Below are positions 10,253 to 17,222 of a stretch of DNA of 20,774 nucleotides, in pieces (position 1 is the first letter of the stretch; each line of letters begins with the position of its first letter). This DNA comes from Caecitellus pseudoparvulus (taxonomy: Eukaryota > Protista > Bigyra: Bicosoecida). The position numbers were made by a program, and so were the translations under genes. The stretch is from NCBI GenBank assembly GCA_965644315.1, contig CBFFRQ010000106.1, forward strand, positions 1 through 20,774. Direction: 5' to 3'. Below the pieces are notes generated by a model. That model was not told the DNA's origin. It did no database searches and was given only the letters and a program-made list of their open reading frames with translations.

Positions 10253-10708
10253 TCAATGACAACGCCTGTCCGTGCGTGCCTCTGGCGCATCCCTTCCCTG
10301 CATGCCTCCCTCGGCGTGGCCCTGGCACAGCTTTAGACACGAGGCCAAGCTGGACACACTCTCCGCCTCGGCACAACTCAAACCAAACCTTCCCATGGGC
10401 GACAGAAAACCGGCCTGAAAAGCAGAATACTCGGAAAAATGTTCGTACGCCCTCGCTGTGAACCTTTCTTCTCGTGCATCGTGTCGGGAGGTGGTGCGTG
10501 CCGCGCTGGCGTGTCGCTTTCCTAAGCGATTTCCGCACATTGACCCTGCGGCATTCTTCGCAAACGTACCGACACAGCTGCTGTACCTGCATGTCCACAG
10601 GCTTGTCAAATTATTGTTTCGCATATTCCCCGCTTTCACACCTGTTGCTCTCTTGCGCGCCACCACGGAACTTCCCTTGCATGAGCCTGTTTCAACCTCT
10701 GGCTCCAA
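10253..10708 (-). CDS. Short Cys-containing ORF in frame with the transposase; possible upstream exon or decayed 5' part
   Basis: 10708-9925 = 783 nt, so the frame is the same. It is separated from the transposase by in-frame TGA stops at 10255-10253, 10102-10100 and 10045-10043. Contains WTCRYSSC...C...H. The ORF-track start is TTG; the first ATG is at 10624. Confidence 0.25.
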   Translation of the reverse strand: MEPEVETGSCKGSSVVARKRATGVKAGNMRNNNLTSLWTCRYSSCVGTFAKNAAGSMCGNRLGKRHASAARTTSRHDAREERFTARAYEHFSEYSAFQAGFLSPMGRFGLSCAEAESVSSLASCLKLCQGHAEGGMQGRDAPEARTDRRCH

Positions 10709-10747
10709 CTTCTGCGTCAGACCCTGGCATCTCCGCGGAACTCGACC

Positions 10748-11683
10748 ATGGCAACCTTTGAAAATTCAGCACACCTCAAGGCCCAATGGAAAGCCGCTTG
10801 TGATGAGTGGGATGCAGATCAGCTCTGGCACACCTTGCAGCAAGCCTATGCTCAAACAGATACTTTGGCTGTGGCACTGACGAGTTCAGACACAACAGCT
10901 GGGTTTCGGGTTGCATGCCAGAAAGGTCATATGGAGTTGATGCGCGAGCTGTTAGCCCTGACAGGTAGCCTCGGGGTTGATGTGCACGCGGCGGATGAGG
11001 ATGGGCCTGAGGCTGCGTTCCGACTGGCATGCGCCAATGGCCACCTCTACGTCGTGCGTGAGCTGTTGGGGCTCACTGGGGCGCGGGAAGTGGATGTGCA
11101 TGCGGCGGATGAGGATGGGCCTGAGGGTGCCTTCCGATGGGCATGCGCCAATGACCACACAGACATTGTGCGGGAGCTTCTTGTCCTGACTGGGGAGCGG
11201 GAAGTGGATGTTCATGCTAGAGGTTGGGATGGGCTGGAGTTCGCCTTTCGAGGCGCGTGCCGTGGGGGCCACACCGACATCGTGCGTGAGCTGCTCGGCC
11301 TTAGAGGAGCGCGTGAAGTGGATGTGCATGCGGCAGATGAAGATGGACCTGAGGCCGCTTTCCGACATGCTTGCTGTGGGGGTCACACCGACATCGTTCG
11401 TGAGCTGCTCGGCCTTAGAGGAGCGCGTGAAGTGGATGTGCATGCGGCAGATGAAGATGGACCTGAGTTTGCCTTCCGATGGGCATGCATCAGGGGCCAC
11501 ACGGGCACCTTGTGTGAGCTACTGGGCCTGACTGGTCATCGTGCCATCCCAACTCACATCTGGCAACAAGAATGGAAGTTCAGTGTGCAGCCTGCGCGTG
11601 AAGCAGTGTGGGCTGGCACCAGCACTCGGCATGGACGGCGAGCGATGCTCTTGCTGAGGTCCCGTGGCTCGGATCGTGCGTGA
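10748..11683 (+). CDS. Ankyrin-like repeat protein, 6 units of 38 aa (last one partial), with N-cap and conserved C-terminal motif (311 aa)
   Basis: accATGg start context. Repeat consensus FRxACxxGHxDxVRELLxLTGxREVDVHAADEDGPEAA. Tail AVWAGTSTRHGRRAMLLLRSR is shared with the paralog. Confidence 0.9.
   Translation: MATFENSAHLKAQWKAACDEWDADQLWHTLQQAYAQTDTLAVALTSSDTTAGFRVACQKGHMELMRELLALTGSLGVDVHAADEDGPEAAFRLACANGHLYVVRELLGLTGAREVDVHAADEDGPEGAFRWACANDHTDIVRELLVLTGEREVDVHARGWDGLEFAFRGACRGGHTDIVRELLGLRGAREVDVHAADEDGPEAAFRHACCGGHTDIVRELLGLRGAREVDVHAADEDGPEFAFRWACIRGHTGTLCELLGLTGHRAIPTHIWQQEWKFSVQPAREAVWAGTSTRHGRRAMLLLRSRGSDRA
10904..11530 (+). repeat. 114-bp coding tandem repeat, about 5.5 units
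   Basis: Units start at 10904, 11018, 11132, 11246, 11360 and 11474. 11270-11353 and 11384-11467 match at 83 of 84 nt. Confidence 0.9.
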
Positions 11684-12755
11684 TGAAATGCACAAATGCA
11701 GAGACCGTTGCCGGCATGGAGCCAGGTGGATTTAGCAAGCTCTGCGCCCTGCCCCCTCCCCGCACCACCACTCACAGTACAACTCCCTGGAACGGCTTCC
11801 GCACCCTCCTCGTGGGATGCTGTGCTAATACAAGCGCTTCTCCGATCGAGACCCTAGTCACTATGCAGCTTTGCTTTACACCACACCCTTCCAGAAGTCC
11901 GAACTTCAATCTGGTCCAAGTTGTGTCTGATCACTGGCTTGGCCCTCCTTGCCGTGTTAAGATACTGATTGCCTGCCCTACTTTGGCCCCCACCCTGGCC
12001 CTCCATATCAAGATTCTGTTCAAGGGGGCGCAAGCTGACCTGCTGACGCTTGCCTTGCGCGGTGGTGTCCTGGTCTCGCCCTTCACGCATGCCAGGCACC
12101 CCATGCCGCCCAACGCCAAAAGCAACTCGAAGGCCACCATAGGGCGCGTCCCATGCACAGCGGGGTATGGGCAGTGACCTGGTCCAGTGAAAAATGCCCT
12201 GGCAAAGTGTGCGAATCAGGCAACAGTATCCACGCTACAGCACCTGCGAGGAGCGGCCACTGGCAAAGGCCGCTTATTGGCGGTGACGGTGGCGAAAATG
12301 CTGCAGCAATTGGCGTGGAGCAGGGCAATGTGGCGTGTCCTGTAGTGCATCGTCACATGCCGCCTGATGATGCACGTGCTGAGCAGGACGATGGATCGGG
12401 AGAGTGGGTGGTGCGGTGTGTGCAGCCTGGCCGCTGTATGCCCTTGTGTTCCTTATGCACCTTCTGCAGCACTGTGTTTCAGCCAGGCATCTGACAGGAA
12501 GCATGCAGGTGTGTTTTGCTGACCTGACTCTCTCCCAGCAGGCGGGACGGGGTGCGGTGCTGGACGTTCTTGTGCACAGGCAGAACCAGCACCCACTGCA
12601 AGTGGCGGTGCACACCCCTCCCATGTGCACGGCTCTCCAACAGCGGCTGGGGGTTCAGGCCATGGTATACTGGGCGACAGTCTTGTGCTTCTGCACCTGC
12701 TGACCGACGCAACCTGCGTCAGGTTCCCATGGCAGGACGCTCAAAGATGCAGCGT

Positions 12756-15700
12756 TCACAGCCATGCAGTGCTAGACCGTGATCTGAGCAGCAGCATCGA
12801 CCTTCGTCCGTGGCGAGTGCTCGTGCCGCCCCAGACAGCATCCTTCATTGCTTGCGCCGTGATGTCCCCAAACTTAAGCCAAGTTTGACGGGGAACTGCC
12901 CGACTCCCACAAAGTCCCGTGAGCTCCCGCACCACATCCACATGGCCTTTTTCACAGGCAATGCGAAAACCAGCCTCAGGATCCCCTTCAGGCCCGGCAT
13001 GAACGTCCACCTCACGTGGTCCCGTGAGCGCCAGCAGCTCACGCACCACACCTACATGACCACCCTCGCAGGCCTTGCGAAATACATGCTCTTGCTCACC
13101 CTTCAACTCTGCATGCACATTCACCTCACGATGGCCACACAGCGCCAGCAGCTCACGCACCACACTCACGTGCCCATTGGCACATGCCCACCGGAAGCCA
13201 GCCTCAGGCCCGTTCGCATCGCCAGCATGCACATCCACCTCACCATGTCCGGTCAGCGCCAGCAGCTCACGCACCACACTCACGTGCCCATTGGCACATG
13301 CCCACCGGAAGCCAGCCTCGGGCCCGTTCGCATCGCCAGCATGCACATCCACCGTACGGTCATCGGTCAGCGCCAGCAGCTCACGCACCACACTCACGTG
13401 CCCATTGGCACATGCCCACCGGAAGCCAGCCTCGGGCCCGTTCGCATCGCCAGCATGCACATCCACCGCACGGTCGTCGGTCAGCGCCAGCAGCACACGC
13501 ACAACCTCTAGGTGGCCACTCCGACACGTAAACCTGAAGGCACCCTCAGGCAAACCCCTGTAAGCCGCATGCACATCAACCGCACGACGACCGGGCAGAG
13601 ACAGCAGCTTCTGCACCACATCCAGGTGCCCATTAGCACAGGCAAGTCGAAAGCCAGCCTCGGCACCCCCCTCGTCTCCAGCATGCACATCAACCGCACG
13701 ACGACCGGGCAGAGACAGCAGCTTCTGCACCACATCCAGGTGCCCATTAGCACAGGCAAGTCGAAAGCCAGCCTCGGCACCCCCCTCGTCTCCAGCATGT
13801 ACATCAACCGCACGACGACCGGGCAGAGACAGCAGCTTCTGCACCACATCCAGGTGCCCATTAGCACAGGCAAGTCGAAAGCCAGCCTCGGCACCCCCCT
13901 CGTCTCCAGCATGTACATCAACCGCACGACGACCGGGCAGAGACAGCAGCTTCTGCACCACATCCAGGTGCCCATTAGCACAGGCAAGTCGAAAGCCAGC
14001 CTCGGCACCCCCCTCGTCTCCAGCATGCACATCGACCTTATTCACGCCTGTGGCCTTCAGGAGCTTTTGCACTACCTGCACATGGCCGTTTGTACAAGCT
14101 GCCCATAGGCCAATCTCCGGGCCCCACCTATTCCTATTGGCCCCACGCACTGCTCTGTCTCCGGTCATCATGAGCAACTCATGCACAACGTCGACGCAAC
14201 CGTTCGCGCAGGCAAGTCTGAAGGCCACGTTTGGTCCACCCTCATCGCCCACATTCACGTCCACAGCACGGTCCCCGCTCAAAGCCAAAAGATCTCGAAC
14301 AATGTCAACGTGCCCATTCGCGCAAGCAAGGCGAAAGCCGGCTTCAGGACCCACTTCATCAGCGGCATGAACATCAACCGACTGGGGACCAGAGATGGCT
14401 AATACCTCGCGCACAACCTGCACATCGCCCACACTGCAAGCACCTAAAAACCTGGAATCGGCTTCTGTGAAGTGGCACACAGGACCAATAGTGCAGGCTT
14501 TCTTTGGGTGCACCTGCAGCTCACGAAGTACATCCGCGTGCCCATTCGTGCGGGCGAGCCGGAAGGCAGCTTCTGGACCGTTCCGGTCTCCTGCATGCAC
14601 ATCCACTTTAGGATCGCCCCGGAAATCAAGCAGCTGTTGCACCACACCTACATGGCCATTTGCGCACGCGAGCCGGAAGGCAGCCTGTGGGCCGTCTTGA
14701 TCTGCAGCTTTCACGTCCACCTTTCTTCCGCCCGAAAGCTGGAGCAGCTGTTGCACCACACCTACATGGCCATTTGCGCACGCGAGCCGGAAGGCAGCCT
14801 GTGGGCCGTCTTGATCTGCAGCTTTCACGTCCACCTTTCTTCCGCCCGAAAGCTGGAGCAGCTGTTGCACCACACCTACATGGCCATTCGCACACGCAAG
14901 CCGGAAGGCAGCCTGTGGGCCGTCCCGGTCTCCTGCATGCACGTCCACGTCAAGCTCTCGTTCGTCGAAAAGCTGCAGCAGCTTTTGTACCATACCTTCA
15001 TGGCCATTCGCGCACGCAAGCTGAAAGGCAGCCTGTGGACCGTTCCGGTCTCCTGCATGTACATCCACTTTAGGATCGCCCCGGAAATCAAGCAGCTGTT
15101 GCACCACATCTACATGGCCATTCGCGCACGCAAGTTGAAAAGCTGATTCACTTCCTGCATGCAGATTTACAGCCCTTGCGCCTCGCAAATCAAGCAGCAA
15201 GCGCACAACCTCCTCATTGCCGTTGAAGCATGCAGCTCGAAACCCAGCATCGTCTCCGTCGCCGTCGCCAGCATGCACATTCACAGCTCGAGTGCCGCTC
15301 AATCTCAGCAATTCAGTTACCACGTCCACATGACCGTAGGCACATGCAAGTCGGAATGCAGCCTCGGGACCATACTGGTCCCCGGCGTGTACATCCACTG
15401 CGCGATCAGGAGGCACGTCCAGCAACTCGCGCACCACATCCAGATGCCCTCTGCAACATGCGAGCTGGAAAGCTGTTTCATGCTCTTCCCCCTCCTTTGC
15501 GTTGACATCTACGGTTCGATCTCCGGACAGATCCAGAAGCTCCCGCACCACTTCCACCTGCCCATTGAAGCAGGCCCAACGGAATGCACTCTCTGGGCCA
15601 TCCTTGTCAAATGCATGCACATCCACCTCACGATCTCCGGTCAGCGCCAGCAAATCACGCACCACACCGATGTGGCCATTCGCACAGGCAAGTCGAAAAC

Positions 15701-16655
15701 CAGCCTCAGACCCGTTCGCATCCCCCGCATGCACATCCACCTCACGATCTCCGGTCAGCGCCAGCAAATCACGCACCACACCGATGTGGCCATTCGCACA
15801 GGCAAGTCGAAAACCAGCCTCAGGCCCGTTCGCATCCCCCGCATGCACATCCACCTCACGATCTCCGGTCAGCGCCAGCAAATCACGCACCACACCGATG
15901 TGGCCATTCGCACAGGCAAGTCGAAAACCAGCCTCAGACCCGTTCGCATCCCAAGCATGCACATCCACCTCACGATCTCCGGTCAGCGCCAGCAAATCAC
16001 GCACCACACCGATGTGGCCATTCGCACAGGCAAGTCGAAAAACAGCCTCAGGCCCGTTCGCATCCCCCGCATGCACATCCACCTCACGATGTCCGGTCAG
16101 CGCCAGCAAATCACGCACCACACCGATGTGGCCATTCGCACAGGCAAGTCGAAAACCAGCCTCAGACCCGTTCGCATCCCAAGCATGCACGTTCACCTCA
16201 CGATGTCCGGTCAGCGCCAGCAACTCCCGCACCACATCGATGTGGCCGTTCGCACATGCCCACCGGAAGCCAGCCTCAGGCCTTTCTTCTGGCCCAGCAT
16301 GGACATCCACCTGGCGGGCACCAGCCAGGGCGAGCAACTCCCGCACCACATGCACATGACCTCGTTCGCACGCCGCCCTAAAGCCAGTCTCAGGCCCTTG
16401 CCCACTCCCAGCATGCACCTCCACCGCTTGTCCGCCCTCCAGAGCCAGCAGTTCCTGGAGCAGTGGCACGTGCCCGCAGACGCAAGCAACCCAGAAGGCT
16501 CGAGTTGCACTTTCGCGCGTCAAGGCACGCATGATAGCATATGATTCATCAAGCTCCCCTTGAAAAGCTGCTAGCATCCATCCTATGTCCCCCCTTGTGC
16601 ACGCATCCTTCCATAGCTGGGCTCTATCATCCAAGCCGCCTTCAGCTGCTGCCAT
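12756..16655 (-). CDS. Large ankyrin-like repeat protein, 32 units of about 38 aa, paralog of 10748-11683 (about 1299 aa from the ATG at 16655)
   Basis: The ORF track starts at TTG 16712. The first ATG (aacATGg, 16655) gives an N-cap that aligns with the paralog (AQLWKDAC vs AQWKAAC). 32 FRxACxxGH-type units counted. Tail AVWGGTSTRHGRRSMLLLRSR. Confidence 0.9.
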   Translation of the reverse strand: MAAAEGGLDDRAQLWKDACTRGDIGWMLAAFQGELDESYAIMRALTRESATRAFWVACVCGHVPLLQELLALEGGQAVEVHAGSGQGPETGFRAACERGHVHVVRELLALAGARQVDVHAGPEERPEAGFRWACANGHIDVVRELLALTGHREVNVHAWDANGSEAGFRLACANGHIGVVRDLLALTGHREVDVHAGDANGPEAVFRLACANGHIGVVRDLLALTGDREVDVHAWDANGSEAGFRLACANGHIGVVRDLLALTGDREVDVHAGDANGPEAGFRLACANGHIGVVRDLLALTGDREVDVHAGDANGSEAGFRLACANGHIGVVRDLLALTGDREVDVHAFDKDGPESAFRWACFNGQVEVVRELLDLSGDRTVDVNAKEGEEHETAFQLACCRGHLDVVRELLDVPPDRAVDVHAGDQYGPEAAFRLACAYGHVDVVTELLRLSGTRAVNVHAGDGDGDDAGFRAACFNGNEEVVRLLLDLRGARAVNLHAGSESAFQLACANGHVDVVQQLLDFRGDPKVDVHAGDRNGPQAAFQLACANGHEGMVQKLLQLFDERELDVDVHAGDRDGPQAAFRLACANGHVGVVQQLLQLSGGRKVDVKAADQDGPQAAFRLACANGHVGVVQQLLQLSGGRKVDVKAADQDGPQAAFRLACANGHVGVVQQLLDFRGDPKVDVHAGDRNGPEAAFRLARTNGHADVLRELQVHPKKACTIGPVCHFTEADSRFLGACSVGDVQVVREVLAISGPQSVDVHAADEVGPEAGFRLACANGHVDIVRDLLALSGDRAVDVNVGDEGGPNVAFRLACANGCVDVVHELLMMTGDRAVRGANRNRWGPEIGLWAACTNGHVQVVQKLLKATGVNKVDVHAGDEGGAEAGFRLACANGHLDVVQKLLSLPGRRAVDVHAGDEGGAEAGFRLACANGHLDVVQKLLSLPGRRAVDVHAGDEGGAEAGFRLACANGHLDVVQKLLSLPGRRAVDVHAGDEGGAEAGFRLACANGHLDVVQKLLSLPGRRAVDVHAAYRGLPEGAFRFTCRSGHLEVVRVLLALTDDRAVDVHAGDANGPEAGFRWACANGHVSVVRELLALTDDRTVDVHAGDANGPEAGFRWACANGHVSVVRELLALTGHGEVDVHAGDANGPEAGFRWACANGHVSVVRELLALCGHREVNVHAELKGEQEHVFRKACEGGHVGVVRELLALTGPREVDVHAGPEGDPEAGFRIACEKGHVDVVRELTGLCGSRAVPRQTWLKFGDITAQAMKDAVWGGTSTRHGRRSMLLLRSRSSTAWL
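12900..16496 (-). repeat. 114-bp coding tandem array (32 units; one 102-bp and one 120-bp variant) with four internally homogenised blocks
   Basis: Near-identical blocks at about 15613-16223 (units 3-8), 14629-14930 (15-17), 13567-14033 (22-26) and 13141-13493 (27-30), separated by diverged single units. Confidence 0.95.
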
Positions 16656-17222
16656 GTTGGCGGCTTCAATTTCCGCTCCGACAAGCAATTGCGGCACTGA
16701 GGCCTCTGGCAATGGAAGTCCTGGTGGGAAAAGGCTCTTAGCAGTTTATTGAACTAAACCAGACTTCTCCTAGGTCGTTTTTACTTGGAAGAAACTCTAG
16801 CTTGGTTCAAGATTGCCGAACTGCATCGGGTGCGGCAGTGTGGACCCTCCCCCCCACAAAGCAGCTCCTGCAACCACGAAACTTCTCTGCATTTCGGGCT
16901 CTTGCACGCTCCACCACAAGCATCACGCCCAACACTCCTTTCACCTGTGCAGTGGCGCTCGGCAAGCCGTTCCACCTTTCCTCGCTCGGAATAGCAATTG
17001 AAACAAGGCCCGGTCAAGCTGTGTCGAATGACCTAGGTCGCTTTGTAAAGGGCAGATCGCAGAGCATATGGGCCCTTCACGTCGTGATCCACCACACCAG
17101 AAAGCCCCAAGCACAGTGCTGCCATGCAGGGCTGGCCAGCTTCAGCCTCAAAGGCTCACTGGCCTGGCAAGCATGTGCAGGCTCAACCTGCGCTTGCTTC
17201 CAGTTCACTGCAGCCAAGAAGC

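Noticed and set aside
11240-11497. CRISPR-like appearance (constant 84-nt tract alternating with variable 30-nt segments)
   Set aside because: The variable segments are homologous to each other and in frame within a protein, the constant part is too long for a CRISPR repeat, and no cas genes are present.
10904-16496. TALE-like DNA-binding repeats or diversity-generating retroelement
   Set aside because: The consensus is ankyrin-like, not LTPxQVVAIAS. There is no reverse transcriptase or template repeat, and the differences are not adenine-specific.
12810-16544. Long antisense and alternate-frame ORFs over the ankyrin array (e.g. 15159-16544, 15502-16359, 15584-16381)
   Set aside because: These are shadows of a GC-rich tandem repeat whose unit lacks stops in several frames, so they carry no independent coding signal.
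16656-16712. ORF-track start at 16712 for the large ankyrin gene
   Set aside because: It is a TTG codon. The ATG at 16655 has good context and matches the paralog's N-terminus length.
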